This document shows positions 41,940-50,999 of a stretch of 64,000 bases of DNA, in pieces (position 1 is the stretch's first letter; each line of letters starts with the position of its first letter). This stretch comes from Candidatus Latescibacterota bacterium (GTDB taxonomy: Bacteria > Latescibacterota > UBA2968 > UBA8231). The notes under the pieces were generated by a model. That model did not search any database. It saw nothing but the letters and a program-made list of their open reading frames with translations, and had not been told where the DNA came from. The position numbers were made by a program, and so were the translations under genes. The stretch lies in NCBI GenBank assembly GCA_965217585.1, contig OZ244561.1:3456001-3520000 (forward strand). Reading direction: 5' to 3'.

Positions 41940-43346
41940 TTAATCCCGATAGGAAATCCCAAAGAGAATCATCATCTCGTCTGTTGACAAGAAACCGAAA
42001 TTGACTTCTTGGTCGGTCGTGTTGTCGTAGGTTGCCTCTAACCTGAAGCCTTCCCCTCGCTCTAGGACCAGAGGGGAGTCGAATCTCAGGATCGGCGGGT
42101 GGTCCCAATCGTAGGCGGCGTAGATGAGCTCGCCGTCGTGCGCTCCCCCGATCATTTCGACCCGGAATTCTACCATGAGCTGATGAGCGTGCGAGAGTAG
42201 CTGCACAATGTGGGTCCGCTTGGAGAAGGTAAAATCCTTCTCTATGGTCGTCACCTCCCCGGCCGGCAGGGAGATATCAAGATTGTTCAAAGAAAAAAGA
42301 CGCGCCTCGTGCTCGACTTCAGACGGGTCGGCAAAGTGCAAGTTGGTATAGACCTCGCCGGTAACGGGCTGACTGGTGCGATTGACATAGTGCGAGTTGA
42401 GGTCGAGCAAAGTGTTCTTGGGCAGCCGTATCGCCACTCCAGGCGGCAGGGAGACATCAATGGAAGGCCATTGGCTGCCGGCGATTGGCAGGTGGTAAAA
42501 TTGCGTGAGTATGGTTGCAAGGACGTACTGGCCGGTGCCGTTGTGCAACTCGCGATATTCGTAGGGTTCCGGCATGCGCTCGGGAGGTATGTCGTCTTGG
42601 AATGTGTAGAGTAGGAAGTGGTGCGAGCCGGACTTCATAAAGATCTGGACGCGCTCTAGGAATATATCGTCTTCGTTGTTCAGCGGATGCACGACAAAGA
42701 TCTCGCGCTCGGAGTTGGGTTGTATCTCGAAAGGCGGCAAGTGCAGTTGGACGCCGTTTTCCGGCTCGGCTAGCGGCTTGAACTCCGGCTCCTCGTAGCG
42801 CGACTTGTCCTTCAAGAGGTCTGGGTCGGCCACGTGGCCTGTCTCCGGTGCGCCCGCCTCGATCCAAGCGCGGATAAAAGCCAACTCGCCGTTGGTCAGC
42901 GGCTTGTCGCCAAGGGGCATTATCTCCCCGTAATAGGGATGGTCGCCGTAGAAATGCTGCTGGTCGGGAGCGTTGAGCTTCTCCCACAAATAGCTCTTGA
43001 GAAGGCCGGGCATACCCTGTCCGAGGTCGCTGACCCGCATCAGCCCGTCGGCCGCGGCGGCCGCGTTCGTCGGAGCGGCACCCACGAGCTGTTCGTAGGC
43101 CACGTCCGGGGTGAGTACGAGGCTCGACTGACGCCCAAACGAGGTCCCAGCCGTGTGGCAGCTAACGCATTGGCCGGCGAAAATTTCCGTTTGGATAATA
43201 TCCCAAGTCGAATCGGACTCATGCACGGCCGTTTGGACCGGCCCCGGGCCGTCGGCACTACAGCCGACGAAAATCGAGCCTATGAGCAAGCAGCGGCGAA
43301 TTGTGCGGCTTGCGCGCTCGGGATATGTGGGGGGTAGCATGATCAC
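41940..43346 (-). CDS. Putative lipoprotein: CxxCH heme-c domain + copper type II (PHM/DBH-like) monooxygenase domains
   Basis: FVGC lipobox-like, CVSCH, SHHF, SHYVN, SHAH, DEMM. Confidence 0.75.
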   Translation of the reverse strand: MIMLPPTYPERASRTIRRCLLIGSIFVGCSADGPGPVQTAVHESDSTWDIIQTEIFAGQCVSCHTAGTSFGRQSSLVLTPDVAYEQLVGAAPTNAAAAADGLMRVSDLGQGMPGLLKSYLWEKLNAPDQQHFYGDHPYYGEIMPLGDKPLTNGELAFIRAWIEAGAPETGHVADPDLLKDKSRYEEPEFKPLAEPENGVQLHLPPFEIQPNSEREIFVVHPLNNEDDIFLERVQIFMKSGSHHFLLYTFQDDIPPERMPEPYEYRELHNGTGQYVLATILTQFYHLPIAGSQWPSIDVSLPPGVAIRLPKNTLLDLNSHYVNRTSQPVTGEVYTNLHFADPSEVEHEARLFSLNNLDISLPAGEVTTIEKDFTFSKRTHIVQLLSHAHQLMVEFRVEMIGGAHDGELIYAAYDWDHPPILRFDSPLVLERGEGFRLEATYDNTTDQEVNFGFLSTDEMMILFGISYRD

Positions 43347-43358
43347 CTGCGGGAGGAT

Positions 43359-44201
43359 TCAAATTCCGGCTTGGTCGATCAGGCCAGCCAAGTTCTGGCC
43401 CAGGATCAGGCGCTTGTGCTCGTCTGGTACGAACGTGCAGTGCGTGCGGAATGCCTCGAGCGCGTGCTGGTAGGTCATGTTGGTTCGCACTACCGGGTAG
43501 TCCGAACCCCAGCACAGCCGCTGGGGGCCGAAGTGCTCGTAGAGTTGGCGCACGATGTGGTGCGTATCCGAGTAGGGGTAATCCCACGAGACGTGCGAAG
43601 CGTAGTGAAAGCCCGAGAGCTTGATGTAGATGTTGGGCACCTCGGCCGAGCGCAGAATCTCCTGCAGGTTGGGATGCGGCACTTCCTCGCGCGCGTTGGC
43701 CCCGGCCATGTGATGACAGAGAAAAGTCACCGACGGAAAGCGCCGCGCCAGCTCGCGCAGCGCTGGCTGCCACTGCGGCCCTAAGGCCAAGCTGGCGATC
43801 AGGTTTAGATCGGCTGTGGTGCTGAAAAACGCGAGCCCCTCCTCGGAAGCAAACCACTCGGTGTCGCTTTTTACGTAGTGAGTATAGCCCTTGAGTTGGT
43901 ACTTTGCCGCGGCCGCTTTGAGCCGCTCGGCCGCACCGGGGGTGTGGTATTCTTCCGACCACGAGCAATCCACGTCGGCGAATTGCACCAATCGATCTGG
44001 ATAGGCACGGATTTGTTCGGCGACGTAGTCGTTGTTGTGGGGATTGTGCTCGATGCGGGCGCAGACCAACACGGCCTTATCGACGCCGTTGCGGTCCATT
44101 TCCCACAGCAGTTGCTCGGCCCGGCCGCGGCTGTTGTGATCGGGCACGGGTGGCTCGTAGGGCCAGTATTCCCAAGCGTGAGTATGCGAGTCGATTATCA
44201 T
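43359..44201 (-). CDS. Amidohydrolase_2 family metal-dependent hydrolase
   Basis: IIDSHTH, HHM, NIYIKLSG, WGSDYP. Confidence 0.88.
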   Translation of the reverse strand: MIIDSHTHAWEYWPYEPPVPDHNSRGRAEQLLWEMDRNGVDKAVLVCARIEHNPHNNDYVAEQIRAYPDRLVQFADVDCSWSEEYHTPGAAERLKAAAAKYQLKGYTHYVKSDTEWFASEEGLAFFSTTADLNLIASLALGPQWQPALRELARRFPSVTFLCHHMAGANAREEVPHPNLQEILRSAEVPNIYIKLSGFHYASHVSWDYPYSDTHHIVRQLYEHFGPQRLCWGSDYPVVRTNMTYQHALEAFRTHCTFVPDEHKRLILGQNLAGLIDQAGI

Positions 44202-45501
44202 CGAAAACCTCTTTAGGAGACGGTCGTCTTTAGGCGGCCGAGGAATAAAGAGCGGTCGGAGCGATGGGGCCTTGGGCCCCCTGAGCAAAGGCCATAAAGG
44301 GCTTGACTCGGTTTCGCGGAATGGGTCCCTTTAGCATGGTGAAGCGGATCATTCAAATCCAACTCCGGCCTACGCCCGATCAAGCGGCGGCGCTTAAAAA
44401 GACAATGTGCCGCTTTAATCAGGCGTGTAATTGGGTGACTCAACGGGCGTTTGAGCGCAATCTGGCCAACCGTTATGCCTTGCACAAGCTGTACTATTAT
44501 GCCGTGCGCCAGCAGTTTGACCTGCCTGCGCAAATGGCCTGTCTGACCTTTGCCCAAGTGGCCGCTGCCTATAAGCGCGACAAGAGCAAAAAGGTGTCGT
44601 TTCGTCCTTTGGCGTCGATGCCCTACGACGCGCGCCTTTTGCATTACCGAGGGCTGGACCGGGTGTCGCTTTCGACGCTGGACGGGCGCATCGTCGTGCC
44701 AATGGTGATGGGTGCCTACCAAGCCGAGCAGTTCGGCCACGTCAAGCGGTATGCCGAGTTGGTGCGACGGCGGGATGGCCAGTGGTTTTTGATGGCTACC
44801 GTCGAGTTCGACGAGGTGCCGCCGGTCGATCCCAATGACTTCCTCGGCGTGGATCTCGGTGTGGCGAATCTGGCGACGGACTCGGACGGTCAACAGCATT
44901 CGGGTGCCGACGTGGAGCGCGTGCGCGTAAAGTGCCAGACAATGCGTCAAAAGCTGCAATCGGCGGCCGACCAAGCTCAAAACACTCGCCGCCGCAAGCG
45001 CATCCGCAAGAAACTGCACCGACGCGCGCGCAAAGAAGCCAACTTCCGCAGAAACACCAATCACGTCCTCTCCAAGCGACTCGTTGAGCAGGCTAAAGGC
45101 ACTGTCCGGGGTATTGCCCTCGAAGACCTCAAGGGTATCCGGGATAGCATCCGGTTTCGCAAGCCTCAACGCGCCCGCATGGCGGGATGGGCTTTTGACC
45201 AACTGAGGCAGTTTATCGCCTACAAGGCGCAAGCTGCCGGCGTGTTGGTCGAGATGGTCGATCCCAAGCATACCAGTCAGAGGTGTGCCGAGTGTGGCCA
45301 TGTCGAGCGAGCCAATCGCTGCTCTCAATCTGAGTTTTGTTGTCGTCGCTGTGGGCTGAAAGTCCATGCCGATGTCAACGCGGCTCGGAACATCCGAGCC
45401 AGGGCTCTGTGTCAACGAGCCCATAGTTTCGGCCTCCCTACCGCTGCGGCGGCTGGGTAAGGCTAGGGACAAGCCGCCTCCTTTAGGGGGCGGTAGTTGA
45501 C
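44202..45501 (+). mobile_element. Non-autonomous IS200/IS605-family (IS1341-type) element carrying tnpB only
   Basis: Left hairpin CGGTCGTC-TTTA-GGCGGCCG (44221-44240); right hairpin GCCGCCTCC-TTTA-GGGGGCGGT (45473-45494) followed by TGAC (45498-45501); no tnpA; left boundary inferred. Confidence 0.85.
44336..45460 (+). CDS. tnpB: RNA-guided endonuclease TnpB
   Basis: RuvC-I GVDLG, RuvC-II IALEDL, Zn finger CAEC/CRRC, RuvC-III HADVNAARNI. Confidence 0.95.
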   Translation: MVKRIIQIQLRPTPDQAAALKKTMCRFNQACNWVTQRAFERNLANRYALHKLYYYAVRQQFDLPAQMACLTFAQVAAAYKRDKSKKVSFRPLASMPYDARLLHYRGLDRVSLSTLDGRIVVPMVMGAYQAEQFGHVKRYAELVRRRDGQWFLMATVEFDEVPPVDPNDFLGVDLGVANLATDSDGQQHSGADVERVRVKCQTMRQKLQSAADQAQNTRRRKRIRKKLHRRARKEANFRRNTNHVLSKRLVEQAKGTVRGIALEDLKGIRDSIRFRKPQRARMAGWAFDQLRQFIAYKAQAAGVLVEMVDPKHTSQRCAECGHVERANRCSQSEFCCRRCGLKVHADVNAARNIRARALCQRAHSFGLPTAAAAG

Positions 45502-45521
45502 AAGAAGCTCAAGAGGGTGTC
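45380..45521 (+). ncRNA. Predicted omegaRNA/reRNA scaffold plus guide (45502-~45521)
   Basis: TnpB reRNAs overlap the tnpB 3' end and the right end, with the guide taken from the flank; 5' boundary is approximate. Confidence 0.55.
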
Positions 45522-45558
45522 GTTGTTAAGCGTCAGTGGCGTATGGCAAAAGATACTG

Positions 45559-45596
45559 AAAAAAAGGGTACTCTGACAAATCTGTCATTGATACCC
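45559..45596 (-). terminator. Terminator-like hairpin with T-run (minus strand)
   Basis: Minus strand GGGTA..TGACA-gatt-TGTCA..TACCC-TTTTTTT. Confidence 0.5.
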
Positions 45597-45740
45597 ATAA
45601 CGCATTTGTTTATATAAATCCGCGTCCTCGCTAGGCGCGGGTTCCAACTTGCGTCATCTGTGCTCAAAAGAAGACCGGGATGCGGATTCCGGACGCAGTT
45701 TCGCCACGGACAGGTGGACTGATACAACGAAGGGAGCGGT

Positions 45741-46445
45741 ATGAGTATACGAAACGTAGCGGTCATCACCGGGGCGGGACGCGGCATGGGTGCGGCCATC
45801 GCGCGCAACCTCGTGGGCCAAGGCTGGGCGGTCTCGCTGCTTTCACCCTCCGGAGCGGCCGAATCGCTAGCGGAGGAACTGGGCGGCATCGGGGTGACCG
45901 GTACCGTTACGGAGGAGGGAGACCTGCGGCGACTCGTCGATCAGACCATGGACGCGTACGGCCGCATCGACGGCGTCGTCAACAGCACGGGCCATCCGCC
46001 CAAGGGCAGTCTCCTAGATATCCCGGACGAGGACTGGCACGAGGGGCTGGATATCGTCTTTCTGAACGTGGTTCGCATGGCCCGGATCGTCACGCCGATC
46101 TTGGTCAGGCAGGGCGGGGGATCGATTGTCAACATCTCCACCTTTGCCGTCTTCGAACCCGAGCATCACTTCCCCGTTTCGACGCCCTGCAGGGCGGCCC
46201 TGGCGAGTTTTACGAAGATCTACGCAGATAACCACGCCAACGACAACATCCGGATGAACAATATCCTACCGGGTTTCATCGACAGCCTCCCGGAAGTGGA
46301 ATCGTTCAAGTCGCGCATTCCCATGGGACGTTACGGAACCGTGGAGGAGATCGCCGAAACCGCCGCCTTCCTCCTCTCTCCCGGCGCTGGATACATAACC
46401 GGACAGAACCTACGGGTCGACGGGGGCATTACGCGGTCGGTGTGA
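45741..46445 (+). CDS. SDR family oxidoreductase
   Basis: TGAGRGMG, VNIST, NNILPG, YITGQNLRVDGG. Confidence 0.92.
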   Translation: MSIRNVAVITGAGRGMGAAIARNLVGQGWAVSLLSPSGAAESLAEELGGIGVTGTVTEEGDLRRLVDQTMDAYGRIDGVVNSTGHPPKGSLLDIPDEDWHEGLDIVFLNVVRMARIVTPILVRQGGGSIVNISTFAVFEPEHHFPVSTPCRAALASFTKIYADNHANDNIRMNNILPGFIDSLPEVESFKSRIPMGRYGTVEEIAETAAFLLSPGAGYITGQNLRVDGGITRSV

Positions 46446-46532
46446 CGGATGTCGGCGGTCCGGGCGGCCTGAAGGTCCGTGCCGGTTGGGGACACCCGGT
46501 TCGGACGCGCACGAGCATCCATTGAAAGAAAT

Positions 46533-46564
46533 AAAAAACGCGGAGTAGACCAGCTACTCCGCGT
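46533..46564 (-). terminator. Terminator of the sigma/Spy operon
   Basis: ACGCGGAGTAG...CTACTCCGCGT preceded by an A-run on the plus strand. Confidence 0.75.
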
Positions 46565-46589
46565 CGTGAAGGAAAACAGGAATTGGTGC

Positions 46590-47195
46590 TTACCGCCTGC
46601 CGCGCCAGCGCCTGCCACCGTAAAACGCCTCGTCCTTCATTGCTTCGAGTTTTTCGCGCTGCTCGTCGGTCAAGACGCTTTCCAAGGCCGTGCGGTGCTT
46701 TTGGCGCGATTCGCGCATCTCTGCGCGCTGCTCCTCGCGCAATTCCACGAGCTGTTCCTTCTGCTCGTCGGTCAGGTCCAGCCTTGAGAACGCGCCCTTG
46801 CCGCCGCGCCGCATGTCGTGATCCTTGCCGCCGCGTCGCATGTCGTGCCGATCTTTGCCCCCCCAGCCGCGCCGACCAAAAAATTTGCCGCGCTTACTGC
46901 GCATTTCTTTCATGGCCTCCTGCTGCTCCTTGGTCAAAATGTTCATTACGGCTTCGCGTTGCTCCTTGCCCATAGCGGCCATGGCCTCGCGCTGCTCGCG
47001 CATGGCTTCGCGGTGCTTTTCGCGCAACGCTTGCAACTGCTCCTGCTGCTCGTCGGTCAGGTCGAGATGTTCCAGCATTCTCATCGCGGGCTGCCGGTGT
47101 TCCCGCATCTTTTCCCCGCGCTCGGCTACGGCCACGGTGGCCAGTGCGCCGAGTGCCAGCGCGACACCGGCTGAGATGATCCATTTCTTTTTCAT
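46590..47195 (-). CDS. Spy/CpxP-family (LTxxQ) periplasmic protein
   Basis: Signal peptide; four LTxEQ motifs; internal 27-nt duplication encoding HDMRRGGK. Confidence 0.85.
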   Translation of the reverse strand: MKKKWIISAGVALALGALATVAVAERGEKMREHRQPAMRMLEHLDLTDEQQEQLQALREKHREAMREQREAMAAMGKEQREAVMNILTKEQQEAMKEMRSKRGKFFGRRGWGGKDRHDMRRGGKDHDMRRGGKGAFSRLDLTDEQKEQLVELREEQRAEMRESRQKHRTALESVLTDEQREKLEAMKDEAFYGGRRWRGRR

Positions 47196-47301
47196 TTTAC
47201 GTTCTCCGCATTGGATGGTTAGTTGGGTTCACCGCCCTAGTGGACGGTTCGTGAGAAACGGCCATTTCTCTTCTCTACGCCCATTAGACCACCGATTGAT
47301 T

Positions 47302-47712
47302 CTATTCATTCCCGTGCGGTTTCATTTTTTTGTGGTGCTGCCGCTCGCGCCAAGGTCCCATCAGTTCCCCGAAGCGCCGCAGCCGCCGATCCAGCCGCCG
47401 CAGTTGCTCCTCAGACAACAAGGGGGCCAGCTCGGCTCGCGTCGCATCCAACTGCTCCTTTAGTGCCTCCCGGTGCTCGGCGTCGAGTGCGCGGAGCTTT
47501 GCAGCGTATCGCCGCAGCACGGTTCGCACGGCTTGGCGCTGCACTTCGTCCTGCGGCGCGATCAATCGCTCGGTGCTGCGGACGAAGTGCCGGGGATGCG
47601 GAATGGGCCGCAGCCGGTCGCGGACAAACCACCCGGAGAGCAGGGTGCCGATCAGGACGCCGATGAGCAGGGTGCTAAAGAGAATGAGCGCGCCTTTGGT
47701 TCTCTTTCGCAT
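47302..47712 (-). CDS. Membrane-anchored periplasmic helical protein (LSEEQ motif)
   Basis: N-terminal TM, helical domain; lies in the ECF operon. Confidence 0.65.
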   Translation of the reverse strand: MRKRTKGALILFSTLLIGVLIGTLLSGWFVRDRLRPIPHPRHFVRSTERLIAPQDEVQRQAVRTVLRRYAAKLRALDAEHREALKEQLDATRAELAPLLSEEQLRRLDRRLRRFGELMGPWRERQHHKKMKPHGNE

Positions 47713-47713
47713 G

Positions 47714-48124
47714 TCACATGTCCATTACGTAAGCCGCTTCGGGCGTGGCGGGCACGGCGGCGAAGATCGCGGCGACGAACGAGGCGTCGTCGCCGACTAG
47801 TTCGCGCTCGTTCCAGTTGCTCAGTGCCAAAAAGGCGACCACCACTAAAGCGACTGGGGCGAGGGGGCGGAAGAGCCACACGAGGGCGTCGGTTAGGCTT
47901 TCCTCGCGCTGGCTTTTGATGTGCTGCGCGACGCGGGCGGCAAAGAACGGCCGGAATGAGTCGGCGCGGCTCTCCTGCAAAAGGCCGCTAACTTTTTGCA
48001 GGCGCTCCCATTCGGCGCGGAGCGCGTCGTCGGTAGCTAGGGCGCGCTCGAATGCCTCGCGCTCGCGCGCGGTCAATTCGCCGGTCAGCGCCCTTAGCAT
48101 TTCGCTGCGATAGCTGTCAGTCAT
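47714..48124 (-). CDS. Putative anti-sigma factor
   Basis: GELT..ER..FE..L N-terminal domain plus one TM; overlaps the sigma gene stop. Confidence 0.75.
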   Translation of the reverse strand: MTDSYRSEMLRALTGELTAREREAFERALATDDALRAEWERLQKVSGLLQESRADSFRPFFAARVAQHIKSQREESLTDALVWLFRPLAPVALVVVAFLALSNWNERELVGDDASFVAAIFAAVPATPEAAYVMDM

Positions 48125-48683
48125 ACACGTCCTCGGCTTTGAGGATGGTTTCTAGTTGTTTCATGCCACGCGAGAGCCGCGAGAGCACCGTGCCCTCGGC
48201 GATCTCCAACAGCGCCGCCGTCTCCTTGGTCGAATAGCCCTCGATCATCCGCAGCACCACCACCGCTCGGAAGGCTGGCTTGAGCTGGGCGAGGGCCGCC
48301 TGCACCGCTTGCTCGCGCTCGCGCGTGGCCTGTTCGTCGCGGCCATCGACGCTCGGCTCGGGCGGGGCCTGTTCGTCGTCGCGGCTCCAGAAACGCCAGC
48401 GCTGCCGCTTGCGGCGCTCTAGCGCGTTGAGCGAGAGGTTGATGGCAATGCGGGTCAAATAGGTGCCCAATGCCGCGTCGCCGCGAAACTTGTCCAGCGA
48501 TTGGTAGAAGCGGACAAAGGTCTCTTGCCCCACGTCGTCGGCCTCGTCGCCCGGCCCCAACATGCCCACGACTGTGGCGGCCACTTGAGGTTCATAGCGC
48601 TCGATTAGGGCGCGCAAGGCCACTTCATCGCCCGCCCGCGCTTGGTCGATCAAGGCGCGGTCTGTGCCCACTTGCTCCGACAT
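48117..48683 (-). CDS. ECF sigma-70 factor
   Basis: ADDVGQETF, TYLTRIAIN, region 4 GTVLSRLSRG. Confidence 0.92.
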   Translation of the reverse strand: MSEQVGTDRALIDQARAGDEVALRALIERYEPQVAATVVGMLGPGDEADDVGQETFVRFYQSLDKFRGDAALGTYLTRIAINLSLNALERRKRQRWRFWSRDDEQAPPEPSVDGRDEQATREREQAVQAALAQLKPAFRAVVVLRMIEGYSTKETAALLEIAEGTVLSRLSRGMKQLETILKAEDVYD

Positions 48684-48783
48684 ATTGTTAGACAATGTAG
48701 GGGGCAAATACATTCCCTAGCCAATAAAAATGCGAAAAGTCGGCAGCCTTGCAGTCCGTGCCCAATATCCGTTTTCTTCTTTT

Positions 48784-49332
48784 ATGCTCTTAGCTATTCT
48801 TGCACCTCTACTGCTGGTGGGCTGCCGTCCCGACCCCCCCCAAGCCCTCGACTTGGCTGGCAACCCGGTCGATCCCTTTGTCAACCGCGCTCCCGTTGCG
48901 GTTTTGCTCTTCGTGCAGACCGATTGCCCCATCTCCAACCGCTACGCCCCGACTATAGCGCGTCTCCACGCCCGCTTCCAGCCGCAAGGCGTTGCGTTCT
49001 ACTTGGTGTATCCCGACCGTCGCGAGGATGCGGACGCCATCCGCCGCCACGGCCGGGAATACGGCTTGCCGGGCCAAGCCCTGCGGGACGTGCAGCACGT
49101 CCTCGTCAAAAGAGTCGGCGCGACTGTGACCCCAGAAGCCGTGGTGTTAGGTGCGCGTGGCAACATCGTCTACCGGGGCCGCATCGACAACCGCTACATG
49201 GCCTTGGATCAAGTGCGCCCACAGCCGACCCGAAGCGACCTCGTAAATGCCCTAGATGCCGCCCTCGCTGGTCGCCCCCCGGACCCGAGTGTCACCGAGG
49301 CGATTGGCTGTTTTATCGCCGACCTGCGATGA
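48784..49332 (+). CDS. Redoxin / thioredoxin-fold putative lipoprotein
   Basis: LLVGC lipobox, TDCPIS, TPEA, YRGRIDN, C-terminal GC. Confidence 0.8.
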   Translation: MLLAILAPLLLVGCRPDPPQALDLAGNPVDPFVNRAPVAVLLFVQTDCPISNRYAPTIARLHARFQPQGVAFYLVYPDRREDADAIRRHGREYGLPGQALRDVQHVLVKRVGATVTPEAVVLGARGNIVYRGRIDNRYMALDQVRPQPTRSDLVNALDAALAGRPPDPSVTEAIGCFIADLR

Positions 49333-50999
49333 CGCGCTATTGGGTGCCTTTGGTCGCGGCCTGCTTTGGATGCAGCGGGGGAGGAGAAGCCCCGACCTTC
49401 AACCGCGACATTGCGCCGATCGTCTTTCAGCACTGCGCCCCCTGCCACCGGCCCGCCGGCCCAGCCCCCTTTGACTTGCTCAGCTATGCGGATGTGAGCG
49501 CGCGCGCCGAGCAAATCGCCTTTGTCACGGAGACCCGCTACATGCCGCCGTGGAAGCCCAAGCGCGGCTATGGTAGCTTTGCCGGCGAGCGCGGATTGAG
49601 CGCGGAGCAGATCGCCACGATCCGCCGCTGGATTGACCACGGCGAGCAGGAGGGTAGTCCTGCCGACCGACCTCCACTGCCCCAGTGGGAGGGCGAGTGG
49701 GAGCTAGGCCAGCCCGATTTAATTGCCTCCATGACATCGGCCTACACTCTGCGGGCCGACGGCCCAGATGTCTTCCGCAACTTCGCCATCCCGCTGCCCG
49801 TTGACTCGACCCGCTACGTCAAGGCCCTAGAATTCAGGCCGGGCAACGCGCGCATCGTCCACCACGCCACCATGATGATCGACCGCAGCGGCGCGGCGCG
49901 GCAGCGGGATGGGCGCGACGGTGCTCCGGGCTTTGACGGCATGAGCTTCGGCGAGGCCGAGGACGCCGATGGGCATTTTCTTGGCTGGACCCAAGGCAAG
50001 ACCCCATACCCCGGCAGCGACAGCTTGGCCTGGCGGCTCAATCCGGGCACGGACTTGCTGCTACAGTTGCACATGTTACCGACCGGCAAAGAGGAATCCA
50101 TTGAGGCCCGCGTCGGCCTGTTCTTTGCCGATGCGCCGCCCAAGAGACGCCCGGCCATGCTGCGCTTGGGCCGCAAGGACCTAGATATACTGGCCGGCGT
50201 GCGCGACTATTGGATCCGCGATACGTACCTGCTGCCCGTGGACGTCGAGGTCTTGACCATCTACCCGCACGCCCATTACCTCGGTCGGGAAATCCGGGCG
50301 TACGCCGAGTTGTCCAACGGAGAGCGAGAGTGGCTTATCTGGATTGAGGACTGGGACTTTAGCTGGCAGGACGATTACCGGTTTTCCTCGCCGGTCTTCC
50401 TGCCGGCTGGCTCGACGCTGGTCATGGAGTACGCGTACGACAACTCCGCGCAAAACCCCCGCCAACCTCACGACCCACCCGTGCGGGTGCGCTACGGGCT
50501 GCACTCGACCGACGAGATGGGCGACCTGACGCTGCAGATTTTGCCGCGCCGCCCCGAGGACCTGAAGCGACTCCGCCGCGACTTCTACCGCAAGTGGTTA
50601 GCGCAGGAAATCGACGGTTACAAGAAGCTGCTCGAAGCCCAGCCGCAAGACTGGGACACCCACCACACCTTGGCCATGTTCTACATGCGCTCCGGCCAGC
50701 GTCCGTTGGCGCTGGAGCATTTCGAGTGGGCGCTGGAATACAACCCAGACTACCCGGAAGCGCACGTGAACTTTGGGATTGCGCTGGCCCAAGGTCGCCA
50801 ATGGGAGCGGGCCGTCGCCCATTTTGAACGGTCCTTGCAAATCAACCCCGATTTTGCCGAGGCCCATTTCAACTTGGGATTGATGTTGGAGATGCTGGGC
50901 CGCTCCGCCGAGGCCAAGCCCCATTTCGACGCTGTCATTCGCCAGCGGCCAGACATGGCCGCGGCTATCCAACAGCGCTTGGCGAAGCTACGCCGCTAG
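49329..50999 (+). CDS. CxxCH heme-c + PHM/DBH-like copper monooxygenase + TPR protein
   Basis: CAPCH, MPPW, VHHA, QLH, PHAH, WDFSWQ, DEMG; three to four C-terminal TPRs; ATGA overlap with the redoxin. Confidence 0.78.
   Translation: MTRYWVPLVAACFGCSGGGEAPTFNRDIAPIVFQHCAPCHRPAGPAPFDLLSYADVSARAEQIAFVTETRYMPPWKPKRGYGSFAGERGLSAEQIATIRRWIDHGEQEGSPADRPPLPQWEGEWELGQPDLIASMTSAYTLRADGPDVFRNFAIPLPVDSTRYVKALEFRPGNARIVHHATMMIDRSGAARQRDGRDGAPGFDGMSFGEAEDADGHFLGWTQGKTPYPGSDSLAWRLNPGTDLLLQLHMLPTGKEESIEARVGLFFADAPPKRRPAMLRLGRKDLDILAGVRDYWIRDTYLLPVDVEVLTIYPHAHYLGREIRAYAELSNGEREWLIWIEDWDFSWQDDYRFSSPVFLPAGSTLVMEYAYDNSAQNPRQPHDPPVRVRYGLHSTDEMGDLTLQILPRRPEDLKRLRRDFYRKWLAQEIDGYKKLLEAQPQDWDTHHTLAMFYMRSGQRPLALEHFEWALEYNPDYPEAHVNFGIALAQGRQWERAVAHFERSLQINPDFAEAHFNLGLMLEMLGRSAEAKPHFDAVIRQRPDMAAAIQQRLAKLRR

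Noticed and set aside
44336-45460. Nuclease-dead TldR or Cas12f
   Set aside because: The RuvC triad is intact, both IS end hairpins are present, and there is no array
48642-49328. N-terminal extension making a 785-aa ORF
   Set aside because: It overlaps the redoxin in another frame; the real start at 49329 has an ATGA overlap and a signal peptide
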